64,000 bases of DNA from Octopus vulgaris (taxonomy: Eukaryota), in assembly GCA_951406725.2 (NCBI GenBank), contig OX597823.1:37386001-37450000 (forward strand). Direction: 5' to 3'. Numbering within the stretch: position 1 is the stretch's first letter; each line of letters opens with the position of its first letter. The translations under genes and the position numbers were made by a program. The notes beneath the pieces were generated by a model that searched no databases, was not told where the DNA came from, and worked only from the letters and a program-made list of their open reading frames with translations. Below are positions 10,394-24,283 of the stretch, in pieces.

Positions 10394-12249
10394 TTTTTTT
10401 TATTTTTAAGAGAAAGAAAATAACAAGTTAATGCTGCTTAATTCAGATTGACCTGCGCCAGTCTAGTTAGTTTCAACAAACATATTAACACCATTCGTTC
10501 TGCAGATAATCAAGAAAGCTCACCGTGCCATCGTAATATTTCGCTTATATTTCAAAATAATTTGACAGGCACACAGCTTCATGATAATAACAACCAAGTT
10601 GGCATATCGGTGTAGTTGTCATAAACATTATAAATCGTAATTCATTGCTGAAGGCGATAAAATGGTGCTATATCTTTAGAATAGGAAATTAGATTCTGTC
10701 TCTTTCCTTCATACGGATTACTAACCAACAACACGTTAAAGTTTATAGCAAACATTTTTACAACAGATTTCTTCATTTAAACGTCACAAATCTAATTGCA
10801 AAAATAAATACCAACAATATCTTGATTCTTTCTTTTGACTTGACTCAGAACTAACATTATTTTCTTTCTTTTCTTTTTTTTTTTTCTTTTTTTAGTAGGA
10901 CTGACTTCCTACTGATAAGTTGATAAAATATTTTACACTAATAGCTTAGTTTAACTGCTTTGTTGAATCTGTGAGCAGCAGACTGTCGGGTTCTGTATCA
11001 GATGTTCCGGCAATGGTACTTACAATAGACAATTCGAATCAAATATATTGATGATTGATCTAAATTTTACGACAGTTTAGTTTGTGGAAAAAGGCAGCAA
11101 CCGCGACATTTTCAGTACCACAGAGGCTGGTGGGAGGGAATGCGTCATCGTCTGACCCATGACCTTTCCAACTGGTTATCCCCTACTTCCAAACAGAACA
11201 TTCCCTTATTCCAATTCCTCCATCTCTGCCCTCTTTGTAACCGTAACTATGATTTTGACACTCAGCTTTAGCACATTTATTCGACACCTTTCTCCATCCG
11301 CCTTTATCCAAACTGCTCTTTTCTTTGTCCCTACCACTAACCACATTTAAATCCTAACAGCCCGCATCCGAAACCAATGCCATCCCTTTTCTCTTTCCCT
11401 ACCATCATCCGCCTCTTCCACTACATCTAATCTAACCCTACCACTTCACGCTTCTTCTCTCTCTCAGCTTTTTCCCTCCTTTATGAACGCCCGCAACCTC
11501 CCCTCTGCACCCCCTTTTTTTTTTCCTTTTCAAAACTACCATCTGAACTGGACCCATTTGCCGCATCTTCCAGATTAGGGACTCATTCTGCTGCACCACT
11601 GCCAACCATGTTCCCTTTACAATTCGATTTACACCGGAACACCACTAAAGGTACCAAAAATCCAGCTGACAATGTAAAACTATCGTCCAAAAGCAGAAAC
11701 AGTCACTCCATGGGGTTTCCGTCGACTAAAGTTCACTCAGAAAATCTTGATCAAATCGAGGTTCTGATAGAAGAGACTTGCCCAAGGTATCACACAGTTG
11801 CGAAGTGAACCCATAACCATAGAGTCCTGTCTGTCGAAAGCCGTTTCGATAAACACTAAAATTAGGTTGTATAGAAAAGGTTCTTCAGAAGCTGGAAACT
11901 ACAATAGCAAATATTTCTGTGAAGCAGTACGTGTGGCCCGTCAGTTTCGTAGAATCCAAATCTCCAAATTTATAGTTAGTGAGTTCGAGTCACTCGTAAT
12001 ATTGTTTGAATCTTTTTTATTTTTCATTTATTTTTATTTTCAGATATTCAATCTAAAATGCACATTTCACACACGCACACATAAGAGTGCGTATTTAACT
12101 TTTTTATCAGCAAAATGAAAGTAGTTTGCACGTGCGCGTGTATGTTTGTGTGTATGTGTATGCGCACGCGAATGTGTGTGCGCACGCGAATGTGTGTGCG
12201 TGTGTATGTAAGGAGAGCAAAACGGTGAAAGCAATACTTTTTTTTTCTA

Positions 12250-12400
12250 TTATAGGTAGAAGGCCTGCAATTTGAAGAGAGGGGCTAGTCGATTATATCA
12301 AGCCCAGTGCACAAGTGGTACTTGTTTTATCTACTCCCAAAGAACAAAAGGCAAAGACAAGCTCGACGTAATTTGAACTCAGAGCGTAAAAATTACTCCC
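12250..12400 (-). mobile_element. Short SINE family copy
   Basis: gtcgattatatcaagcccagtgc..aaaggcaaagac..tttgaactcagagcgt, shared with other copies. Confidence 0.7.
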
Positions 12401-12610
12401 AGATTGAGTTTGCTTTTGATCCTTCCGGAGTAAATAAAATGTGGACCAGTTAAGAACACTGGTCGGTATAATCCACTGTTTCCTCCCTTCAAATTTACAG
12501 TCTTGTACCTCTGTTAGAAGTAAAAGCTGAATTTTGGTTAATATCGATGCCATAACTGAGTAGGAAATGAACTGGAATTAGTTATTTCATTTCTTTCCCA
12601 ACTGGAAATA

Positions 12611-12711
<101 letters not shown>

Positions 12712-13239
12712 CCAACGAAGGAGACGTACAAGCAGGTCAAATTTAGCTATTTCTCTGCAGATTGAAAAAAATGAACAACCTAAACAGAAAAATGAACAGC
12801 CTTAATTTTCGAGCATTATTGAGGTATCATCAGAGATGTCAACATCTCTTGATCAATCACAGAGAAACAAGAAAACAATTTATTTGCCTGTACATAAAAA
12901 GCAAGAGGCTTCAAAGAACAGAAGCAAGACTATGTGTTTAACACTTTATTTAATATCAGAGGCCTGTTAGAAGTGTGCTAGAAGGCTCGACACGTTGCCA
13001 AAAGTTTTGTGTTCCGTTAAAAGTTTCTCACTCCACTCCTATGCTCCATGAGATTTGAAAATAATCATTTTATCGCTGGATAAACCTGGCATGCGAAGTT
13101 GCTCTTAATACCGAGGAAGGGATCTACAGGATTGTGCAAAAGTGCCGATCCGCTCAAGAAAACACGTGTATGTTATATAAAGCTTGAAAATACCAATTAC
13201 ATTTTCTGGGTTTCTTATAGGTAAGTGTGTGTGTACATA

Positions 13240-13379
13240 TACATACATACATACATACATACATACATACATACATACATACATACATACATACATACAT
13301 ACATGCATGCATGCATACATACATACATACGTACATACATACATACATACATACATACATACATACATACATACATACA

Positions 13380-13410
<31 letters not shown>
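13240..13410. repeat. (TACA)n microsatellite; (GT)n at 12613-12709
   Basis: Seen directly. Confidence 0.95.
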
Positions 13411-13411
<1 letters not shown>

Positions 13412-13666
13412 ACAAACACACAAACACATCTCTAATTTCAGTGTTGCAGTTAAGTTGCGTAGGTGAATCTGTTTCAAATTCCCCCTTAAACTGTCTTCGC
13501 ACTTCAACTGCGTTTTCAAGCTAAGTATAAATTTCCTTTGTTCAAAACTTGGTCTCTCTTCATTATTTCTAATAGATCAAATCTAAAAGGGGTTGAAAAT
13601 GAAGTTATCAGCTATTAAAGTGGGTGTATAAATTTGGGGTAGACACCCTTCTCTCCTTCTCTCTCA

Positions 13667-13701
<35 letters not shown>

Positions 13702-13702
<1 letters not shown>

Positions 13703-14244
13703 TACATATGTGGAAAATCGGTGTGTTTGTTTGTGCCGTTGTTAGCTAACTCTTCCTACATCGTTTTATAGATTTTGACGAAACGTGATTAGAACTCAAG
13801 TCTGGAAACCTTGTGACATACGTAGATTGTTGAAAAAATCGATAATACGACCCCTGGAAGGGATCTTTATATTTACCTCATATAACTAATTTTTTAAACA
13901 AGGGAAATAACCCGTAGCACCTGTACAATATTTTTAAACACGACACATGAGTAGAACTCATGTCTGGAAACCTCGTGACATACTGAGATAGTTGAAAAAA
14001 TCGATAATAGGACCCTTCCATTGGATCCTTCTATCTACTACATATTATTAATATTTTATTCGAACAACCCAAGAGAAATAACCCACACCACCTGCAGATT
14101 TTAGCAAAAAATTTTAGATTCTTACAAACGGCTGACCTAATTCAGTATTTCACTACTCACAGTCTTGAACCGCTAAATATTATTATTGCACTTCCTTAAT
14201 TTGAATCATAAACATTAAAGGCTTCATTCATACATTTCTATACA
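13702..14244 (+). mobile_element. Probable non-autonomous Helitron-like repeat with an internal ~162-bp tandem duplication
   Basis: 5' gtttgtttg...gattttgacgaaac pattern; agaactca.gtctggaaacc..gtgacatac..ttgaaaaaatcgataata.gaccc at 13791 and 13953. Confidence 0.35.
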
Positions 14245-14283
14245 TACATACTTCTTTGAATGCCCATTACTTCGATAATCTTG

Positions 14284-15487
14284 GCACAGTTATTAGTCTT
14301 TTCCTACATAGGAACTACCCAGAGTTATGCATTTCTCCCATCGTTTGATACAGCTCTGGAGACCGATTTTGTAGAAGAACCCAGCTTGGTCCTCCAACCA
14401 CGACGTGACTTCAGAAATCAAGGCTGCATCATCTGGGAAACGCTTTCCTTTCAAAATCAACTTCATGGCTGGGAAGAGGTGAAAATCAGAGGGTGCAAGG
14501 AGGAGTTCATAGCTGCACGCCTGTGCTTCTGATCTGGCGACACGCGTGTTGTGGACCGGAGCGTTGTCCTGCAGGAGGAGGATGTCTTTGCTAATCTTGC
14601 CCCGCCTCTTGATTTTGATAGCTTCTCTTAATTTCCTCAAAAGTGAAGCATAATAGGCTCCTGTAATTGTGGTACCCTTTGCCAGGAAATCTGTCATCAC
14701 TACTCCGTCCTGGTCCCAGAAGACTGTGAGCATAACCTTGTCAGCGGTGGGCTGGACCCTTGCCTTCTTTGGAGGAGGTGAGTCACGGTGCTTTCACTGC
14801 ATTGACTGGGTTTTGGTCTATGAATCATAGTGATGGACCCAGGTTTTATCCTGTGTGATCAGTCTTTTGAAAAATTTTGACTCATCTTCTTGGCACATCT
14901 CCAAATTCATCCTTGAGCACTCAACGCGTTCTTGCTTCTGGAAAGGTGTGAGCAACCTGGAAATCCATCTGGCAGACACCTTTTGCATATGCAAATGGTC
15001 ATGAATGATAGTTTCCACAGACCCGGTACTAATCTTGACCTTATGGGCTATTTGGCGAATAGTTATGCGTTGACCTTCCAAAATGGCAGCCTCAACTTGA
15101 CGGACAGACGTCTCATCAACGGCAGAAGAGGGCGACCAGATCTGGGAGCTGTTTCCACAGAGTTCCGACTATGTTTGAATTCACAATGCCAGCGTTTTAC
15201 AAGGTCATATGATGGGGCATCATCACCATAAGTTACTTTCATTTCATCAAAAGTCTCCCGTGGTGTGCGTCCTTTCAAATACAAAAACCAGATCACTGCT
15301 CGACACTCAACAGGCTCCATTTCACACTTGACTCAGTTCAAACACCTGTAATTCAGAAACCACAATTAGTTCAGAGCTGTAATTCGCCACTTAATCCATA
15401 GAGGTATAAATAAGTGCACATGCAAAATTTCAGCTAGATAAAATAACTGCAAGTGGGTCAGGGGCATTACTTATTGAACGCCCCTCG
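14284..15487 (-). mobile_element. Mariner (DD34D) element with a frameshifted, nearly complete transposase and no 3' TIR
   Basis: MEPVECRAVIWFLYLKG.., WISRLLT, ITQDKTWVHHYD, LLQDNAPVH, LAPSDFHLF, RWEKCI. 5' TIR cgaggggcgttcaataagtaatgcccc next to TA at 15488-15489. Confidence 0.92.
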
Positions 15488-16819
15488 TACATACTTCTTT
15501 GAATGCCCATTACTTCGATAATCTTGCATTTTTACTGTTACACTTTTTCCATGACAGTAGATAAATTTTTCATTCCACAACGTATTTGTAGTGGCTTCGT
15601 GCAGACATAACGTGGATTCGATTCTCGATTGCCAAATTTCATTTTTAGTAAAAAATATTGGCGTGATGACTGTGCAGGCGTTAGGGGAGGCCATCTCGCG
15701 TCTTTTGACTGTGTTGGTCTTGTGTAGTAGTGGGCAAGGTTCCTTGTTTGCACTTGGTGTAGCCAGGTCAGCTGCTGAACAATCTTTTACGCCAAGTACA
15801 AAAAAGACTCTTGCTCAGCTGCTTCCTTGCGCATAACCTCTGAAGCGTGCACTTCTTTTGTAATTATTTTCGTTGGAGACGTTTGTTGTCTTTCCTCAGG
15901 GAAGTTTTACTCCTTAAGGCCCCTGTGGTTTTGGCGAGGTGTCAGGTGGGCCAACCAGCAGTTTTTGCAATCTTCCCCATAGCAACATTTGCCTTGCAGC
16001 TAAATTCTGCAGGTCCTTGAGTGCCTTCCAAATTTCTTCTTTCCTGTTGGGTTTTGGATGGCATTGGATCCTCCATGGGGTTTTCTGTTTTTTGTTTGGT
16101 GGGTTGGGTTTCGGTTTTGGTTGTTTCATTTTTGCTTTTTCCTTTTTCTTCCTTTCCTACTTTATGTTTGTGTTTGTGTTCTGTCCTTTTTCTTGTGGTG
16201 GGAATTTTTTCCTCTGGTTGTCCAATGGAGTGAGGGCTCTGTTCCTTTGTAGGACCACTGGCACAGAGGGCTTCTAGTTGCTGCTTTCTTGGCTCCCCTA
16301 TCCTTTTCTGCCTGATCGTTCACAGGGGTGGGGTCCATTCTTTTGAGGAACCACTGGATCAAAGAGACCTCTGGGTTTTGTTTCCTTTTCTTTTTCTCCA
16401 TCCTTACCACAATAGTTTTCCATTACGACATCCAGGGTGTCAATGTGTGGTCTGTTAAGCATATAGGATTGGATGAATTCATTTTTCTTTCACTCTATCT
16501 GATCAATGTTTCTGCAAAAGCCATTGTTTACAGTGCAATTCTCCCACCTTGGTGCCATCTTCGTTTTTTAAGCCCAGAGGGGGAGCAGAAGTAGAGAGGA
16601 AGTGAGAAATAGAGGAAGGTAGAAAAGAAGAAACACAGAGGGGGATAGAGAAAGACAGAGGGAGATATGAAGGAAAGAGAGAGGGTGATATGAGGAAAGA
16701 GAGGGGGTGGCATGTTAGCGAGACAGATAGAGGTAGAGGAAGGGGAGAGAAAAAGAGACAGAATGAGATAGAGGAGAGGAAGAAAAAGAGAGACAGAGTG
16801 AAGGAGAGGAGGGGAAGAG

Positions 16820-17722
16820 AGTGGTGCTCTGTCAACAATAGTCCACTTGATGCTGGGTATTTCATTTAGGAGACCACAGAGTCTCCAGAGAAAATGAGTA
16901 GAATTCTCTCTATCCCTGGATCTGAACGAGTGCACATGCTGGGGATATCTTCCCTTGAAGTCATTAGCTGTCATATCCGAATAGTGCCTAGTAATACCAT
17001 CGGATTGTGTAAGGGTGGCTCTGTATATTATGGCCCTTCAGAGACAAGATCCTTCTGGAGGACACATGGGGGGATTTCGGAAGTTGCCAGTTGGGATTGG
17101 GGGTGGTGTGGGTGCATTTTTACGTCCGTTGATGCTGTGCAATGTTAGATGAGATGTTGTCTAAGCTGGAGTAGCTCACCTTGACATTATAGGGTGTTGA
17201 AGAGTTTGCAATACTTATGGCTTCTGAGTAAGTGATTCTTAATTAACGGCAGGAAGCCCGTGGCTACATTGGTGGAAACTTCTAGGTTGAAAGGGACATT
17301 ATGCTATATAATTCTCCTTCTCCTAATCCTTTTGGGGTGGGGAGAGGGTGTTTAAGGTTTTTCCACATATATGAGCTTCTCAGTAAACCCACTCCTAGCA
17401 AAAGTATCGTTGCAGTGGTGGATGGCCCTACTATTGGCCGAGAGATTAGATATCGTTTACTAATGCCTGGAACCAGGTTTCAAATTACAGTAGGGGGTTG
17501 AGCTCTTATGGATCTACACTGTATCTTCATTAGGCTTCCTGTACGTGTAATACTTTCCTATACTGAAGTCTAGGGTTACATCCAAGGAATCGACCATAGT
17601 CAGGTTGGTGGCAACAGTTATGGACAGGCCAAATCCCTTAAATATTTTTATCAAGTCCTTCCTGAACCTGTCCATGGTGTGGCTGTTCATATGGCTTGAG
17701 GTAGCCAGGCTGTCGTCCCAAA
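16820..17722 (-). mobile_element. Third, divergent Naiad-type PLE fragment (RT end to GIY-YIG)
   Basis: MDRFRKDLIKIFKGFGLSITVATNLTMVDSLDVTLDF..YRKPN; CPPEGSCL*RAIIYRATLTQSDGITRHYSDMTANDFKGRYPQHVHSF; SIKWTIVDRA. Confidence 0.8.
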
Positions 17723-17797
17723 AATGTATACACACTTTGATAGCTGATAACTTAATTTTCATACACACACGCACACACACACACTTATGTATGTATA

Positions 17798-18016
17798 CAA
17801 TGACCCCTTGACTATCGTGGGTATTACATTCCAAAACCCCTGTGGTAGGTAAAAAATCCATGAAGTAGAAACAGTACTGTACTGTATTTTTTCTATTTTT
17901 TTATAATTTGTATATATTTATTTTATTATAAATGCAAAACAACAGCACGGAGGAATTGACGTAAGCTTAAATAATGAACTGCGATAGGTGAGCTGCGATA
18001 TGGCGAGGGATTACTG
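17798..18016. mobile_element. Tigger/pogo-type MITE
   Basis: TA-caatgacccctt...gagggattactg-TA: inverted ends with TA flanks. Confidence 0.65.
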
Positions 18017-18511
18017 TAATATATATATATATAAACGTGTGTGCGTGTGTGGGTAGACACACATGCACAGATATATGTATATTGGTGCCAAATGATAGAA
18101 GCTATGATGCTGCTACTTCACAATAATATATTTGTCAGTAAGACAGAGGAGCTGACGGTTGCATCACTGGAATTTAACTAGATTAGTTATCCTCATGACC
18201 TAATCTCACTTGGAAAACAGCTTCTGACAATTAATGGTTTTAGATTTTAAAATTGAAGTTCAAACTTTGGAAAGTTTGAAGTGTGTCTCCATTACAACTA
18301 CACTTAACTAGATATTCTTCCTTCAAAGTTAAACAATTCTGGGTTGTGCCAGAATGTGCTTGTTGGAATCAGTTGAATTTATTCAGAACAAATTCACATA
18401 AATACATATGCATACACACAAGTACACACATACACACACACTGTTTGTTTTTATGTTCAATTATAAAAAAAAAACAATTTTACATTAATCTGATAGGTTA
18501 CTCTATAATTT

Positions 18512-19200
18512 TCATCATCATCATCATCATCATCATCGTTTAATGCCCGCTTTCCATGCTAGCATGGGTTGGACGAATGACTGAGGGCAGGCGAACCTGA
18601 TGGCTGCATCAGGCTTCGATCTTGATCTGGCAGAGTGTAGTGGGTGCTTTTACGTGCCACCGGCATGGGGCCAGTTAGGCGGTACTAGCAACGACCTCGC
18701 TCGAATCTTTTACACATGCCACTGGCATAGGTGCCAGTAAGGCGATGCTGGTAACGATCACACTCGAATGGTGTCTTTTATGTGCCACCGGCACAGAGGC
18801 CAGATAGCCGCTCTGGCAACAATCACGCTCGGACGGTGCTCTTAATACCCTACTAGCACGGGGCTCGAGTGCCAGTAAGGCGATGCTGGTAACGATCACG
18901 CTCGAATGGTGCCTTTTAAGTGCCACTGGTACGGAAGCCGGTTAGCAGCTCTGTCAATGATCACACTCGTATGGTGCTCTTTGCACCTCGCTAGCAAGGA
19001 CACCAGTCATTGAATTTGATCTTGATTTTGATTTTTGATTTTTGATTTTACTTGCCTCAACAGGTCTTCACAAGCAGAGTTTTCGTGTCCAAAGAAGAAA
19101 AAGGTACACATAAGTGGGCTGGTAATGCCCCTGGCATAGGCCACGAAATTATGGTCTCATTTGGCTTGCCGGGTCTTCTCACGCACAGCATATTTCCAAA
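18512..19200 (-). mobile_element. RTE LINE 3' UTR fragment with (TGA)n tail
   Basis: (cat)n-cgtttaatgcccgctttccatgctagcatggg is the reverse complement of the 3' end of the RTE at 30145-31910. Confidence 0.85.
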
Positions 19201-20497
19201 ATAATACCAGCCAAAGATGTACTGCTGTTGTTGGAATCACCATCATTAAAATTTATACTTTCACCTCCTGTTTGTTAACATGTGAATGTGCTTACAATAG
19301 TGTCAGCTCAATTGACACTTTTTTGTCTTCATTTGTTTATAAAATTTTCTAAACTTTGGAAAGTTTGAAGTGTGTCTCCATTACAACCACATTTGTGGCT
19401 AGCCCTTATTACACACTCTCTAAAATAGTTATTTTGAATCATGCAATGGTTGCAAAATATACTGTTTAAGCCATCATACAAAAAGCATTTTAAACCAAAA
19501 AAATAGGTCAACTTATATGCAAGCCCTGTGGTGTGAATCAGTTGTTAATGTGGATGGTGGATGATAGTAGGTTAACGTCTACTTTGGGAACCACCAGCAC
19601 ATTTTACATGTCAAGCACAATTTACATGACAGAATGAAATACCTAAGACAAATCCCATTTTTTAACCCAGGGTGATGGGGTAGAAATTCAAATATCCTAA
19701 ATAAACGAAGAAAATGTTTTTATCAAGTAAATGTTGTGAAATTAAGAAATCTTCTGACAGAGCCTGTTCCTCCCACAAAACAATAGTAATGGTTTCTGAT
19801 TTAGGCACTGGACCAGTAATTTTGTAGAAAAATCAACCTCAGTATTTAAATGGACCTTTGTTTTATTGACCCAAGATGAATGAAAGGCAATGCTGTCTAC
19901 ATTGGGATTTGAAATCAGAATGTAAATACTGCAAAGCATTTCTGCTGACATTCTAGCAATTCTACCACTTCGCCACCTTAACAACAACAACAATAATAAT
20001 AATAATGGTTTCAAAATTTGGCACAAGCCAGCAATTTCGGGGGAGGGACTAAGTCGATTAAATCAACCCGTACTTAATTGGTACTTATTTTATCAACCCC
20101 AGATAGTTACCTCAGTAGAGTTCGAACTCAGAATGTAAAAAACCAGATTAAATACCACATAGCATTTTCTCCGATACTCAAATGATCCTGCCAAAGCCAC
20201 ATTTTGCATGAGGTGAAGATGCCTAATGATTAAAACAACCCGATTATACTTGTCTGTTACTTCATTTTCTGCTTCATAAAAAGGATGGAAGTCAAAGTTG
20301 GTTGGGACAGGATTTGAACTCAGAACATAACAAAGCTTAACTAATAGAAAGAATTTCATCTGACATTAACGGTTCTGCCAATAAGCTGAATTACATGCCA
20401 GATGCTGATGCTGATGGTGAAAACAAAGAAAAAGATGAAAAATAAAATAAACAGATAAGTAATGTTTATTAACAAATGTTTTTTTTTTCTGTTATAG

Positions 20498-20663
<166 letters not shown>

Positions 20664-20664
20664 A

Positions 20665-21150
20665 CAGGGTGTTCGGGTTAAAATTGATATGTCTCCTCAT
20701 TTCAGAAACAACTTAATGTATTGTTGAAAAGTCAACAGCATCAGAGAGCATAAACATTAAAGCTGTATTTGAAAAAGAGTTAACTGACATAAAAGACTTT
20801 AAGCCATCTGAATATTGGAAAAGAGTTACCCGTATCATGATGATTCACACCAGCTGTCAAAATGCTGAGATCATGACAGCTACTCAATGTTCCATGAACA
20901 CTGTGAAGGCTGTAAGATGTGATATGGAGTTGCAACAGAGACTACAAAGCCATGTTTAACAAGAAGGGACACAGCAAACATTATGTGCAGTTGGTGGAGA
21001 CTGACAACTCCCTCGATAGAGACAGTTGCTGCTGGAAGGCTATATGTGTTGTAGCATGATTTGGTTCCTTGTCATACCTCTGGAAAGAGTCAGAATTTCT
21101 ATATCTTCACCAGCCCAAATTTCTGGCCTCCTAATTCCTCCAAATGAATG
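20665..21150 (+). mobile_element. Internally deleted maT (DD37D)-like Tc1/mariner remnant
   Basis: Starts with a cagggtg TIR; translates to ..AAGRLYVL*HDLVPCHTSGKSQ..FTSPNFWPPNS, a decayed QQDxAPxH / WPPNSPD. Confidence 0.6.
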
Positions 21151-22023
21151 AGATATTGCATTATCTCTTCCTTTTATGCAAACTGTCAAACTTAGCTCAA
21201 ACATTACTACTACTATTATTTCTTAGAATCTTTTGAGTATCAGACAAAATGCTTAGGAGCATTCCTTCTGACTCTTTACCTTCTGAGTTCAAATCCTGTT
21301 GAGGTCAACTTTGTCTTTCATCCTCTCAGGGTCAGTAAAACACAGTATAAGTTAAATACTGGAGCCAGTGTAATCAACTAAGCCACTTCCCTCAAAATTA
21401 CTGCTTTGCTAGTATTGTGCCAAAATTTGATGCCATTATTATCATTATTAATATCATTATCATTATTATTAGTAGTAGTATTAGTATTATTATTTAAGGT
21501 AGTAAGCTGGATGTAGTAAGGCAGTATGCTTTGCAGCATATTCTCTGTGTTTACTTTTCATTGACTTTGCCTTTCCTCTTTCAGGGTCGATAAAAGGTCC
21601 CTGAATGAGGATTGTTTAAGGATGGCGAATAAAATGGCCATGTTCCCAGAGGTGAATTATCCAAACCCCAAAGAATTCCTCTCAACACATGGCTATGATG
21701 CTCCCCGACTACTTCTGCTTGAGATCAAAGATGCACCTATCAGCCACTAAGGGACATGCTCAACTGGTTACGGTCAAACAACTGACAAGCAAATCTGAGA
21801 AGCCATGAAAGCCACTGTGGTGAGCAAGCAGAATTGTTAGCACATCAGCAATTGTTAGCCTAGCAGCATTTCTTCCAGCTCTTTACAAACTAAGTTCAGA
21901 TTCTGCCGAGATCAACTTTACCTTTCATTCTTTTGGGGTCAATAAAATAAAAACCAATTTAGTACTGGGATCAATGTAATTGACATAGTCCTTCCTCCCA
22001 AACTTCTGTCTGTAGCAAAAAGA

Positions 22024-22061
<38 letters not shown>

Positions 22062-22288
22062 GGTAGCAAGCTGGCAGAATCATTAGCACACCAGACAAAA
22101 TGCTTAGTGGCATTTCATCCATCTTTATGCTTAGTTCAAAATCTACTGAGGTTGACTTCATCTTTCATCCTTTCACGATTAATGAAATAAATACCAGTTG
22201 AGTACTGAGGTCGGTGTAATTAAGTAGTCCCCTCTCACAAATTCTAAGCCTTTGCCTATAGTAGAAAGGATTATTATTATTATTATCC

Positions 22289-22328
<40 letters not shown>

Positions 22329-22330
22329 CC

Positions 22331-22367
<37 letters not shown>

Positions 22368-23640
22368 CATCATACTTCTGCATTTTCAACATATAGCTGT
22401 TATTACTATCACTACTACTACTACTGTTCATCCTACTACTACAATTATTATTATATTTCTACATTTCAACATATTCTCATCGTTGTTACTACTACCACTA
22501 CAACTTGTACAATATCAACATATTACTGTTGCTGTTATTACTTATCCTCCTCACACCAGCACAGGCAGAGTCAATTACTTGAGATTTCAAGGAACTCAAT
22601 CATTCATCAATGGGTGATGTATCCCATTAAACGGGGAGGAAGGGAGAGAACAGTTGATTTCCACTGACCCAGTACTCTACTTGTACTCATTCTGTTGAGC
22701 CCCAAAGGATGATGACCAAAATCAACCTTGACAGGATTTGAACTCAGAGTATAACTAAATACCAAAAAGCATTTTTACCCATCTCTCTAATGATTCTGCC
22801 TCTCCACTAATCACCTCTACAGATGCAATAAAATCAAAATATTCTAAGAATTCATAAAATGTATTTTATTTTGTTTTGTTTTGCATTGTTTTATTGTTGT
22901 TGAAGGTATTTCTTTTGTGTACTTTTAAATTTAGGGAAATAATGTTCTTTTATTTCATGGTTGTGTGTCCTTTCTAGTAATAGAACACTTGACACTGAAC
23001 CTACTGTCAGCTCAGCAGACTGAGGCAAGTAGAGTTATGTGCCTTTATGTAATAAGGTACAACACAAAGTATGTCAATATAGTTTGAAATCCTGATCATA
23101 ATAGTTTGTCTGTACAGGAATCAATTTACAATATCACATACATACATGTGAATCATACACACATACATTCACATACACACACACTCACACTTTTACACAA
23201 TCACACACACACACATTCATTCACTCACTCACTCACACACACACATACACACACACACACACGTTAATATTTTACAGCCAGATTAGAGACAGTTGCAGTT
23301 ATTGCTTCTTTTCTATTTCCATTATTAGCAGATTCTTTATGAGCGCTTCAAGCACACATACTAACACACACACACACAGAAACGGTGATAGACATGACAG
23401 CTTATGGTTTCAAATTCTCCAGAACATTGTTAAGATCAGCCAATCAAACCAACAGTTTACAAAAAACTAGGTTGGTTTTCAAAGTTGATTCTCAGAGCCA
23501 GTTCTCAGAATTCTGCTGGTTTTTCTTACATGATTTTTTTTTCCTTTGTTACACTTCGTTTTCTGAGTTGTCTTGTTGCCATGCCAACTGTACAAGTTTG
23601 CTAGCCATGCCTAACAATTCCTTCAGCAAGGTGCAGATCT

Positions 23641-23778
23641 CTACTGATTTTCAAAATTCTTCTCTCCATAGGATTTCATATAAATAGGTTGTGATTCTTC
23701 AGCTGCTTTTTTCTGTGATTTCTTGAAAGATTTTATCCCTCTTTTACTGGGAGGAAGACTTGACTGCTGCAGGTGAAT
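23641..23778 (-). CDS. Candidate terminal coding exon of an unidentified host gene
   Basis: Strong acceptor ttttttccttctttcag| followed by an open phase-0 frame IHLQQSSLPPSKRGIKSFKKSQKKAAEESQPIYMKSYGEKNFENQ*. The sequence is non-repetitive and no homology is recognised. Confidence 0.35.
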   Translation of the reverse strand: MHLQQSSLPPSKRGIKSFKKSQKKAAEESQPIYMKSYGEKNFENQ

Positions 23779-24118
23779 CTGAAAGAAGGAAAAAAAAGTT
23801 GAAATCAATGGAAATGATGACATTGTTCCTTACTGTTATTGTTGTTGTTATGATGGTGGTGGTGGTGGTGGTGGTGGTGGTGGTGGTGGTGGCGGTGGTG
23901 GTGGCGGCAGTGATGGTGAAGCTGACCTAAGGGAGACAGATTGAATGTTACGTAATCTGTTTTAGTTCTTCCATAGTTCATATCAGAACAGAATCAACTT
24001 TGGCATTGTTCTCACAAAAAGTGATAAGATATGTACCTGTGTGCTAAAGACATTCAGTTCACCAAAGTATATATCCACAGCTCCACCCCCAAATATATAT
24101 ATATAACGATGATGATGA

Positions 24119-24160
<42 letters not shown>

Positions 24161-24283
24161 AGATACATATATAACTATCCATATATGTATATATTGATAG
24201 TTGTGCATGTGTGTGTATGGGTGTGTATCTGCTGTGGAATGGAGCTCTAAGAATACACCCAATATTCCTGGCAGTACAGTCAC

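Noticed and set aside
12800-12845. CTGATGA...GAAA on the minus strand as a hammerhead
   Set aside because: Stems I-III do not pair convincingly; at most a badly decayed remnant.
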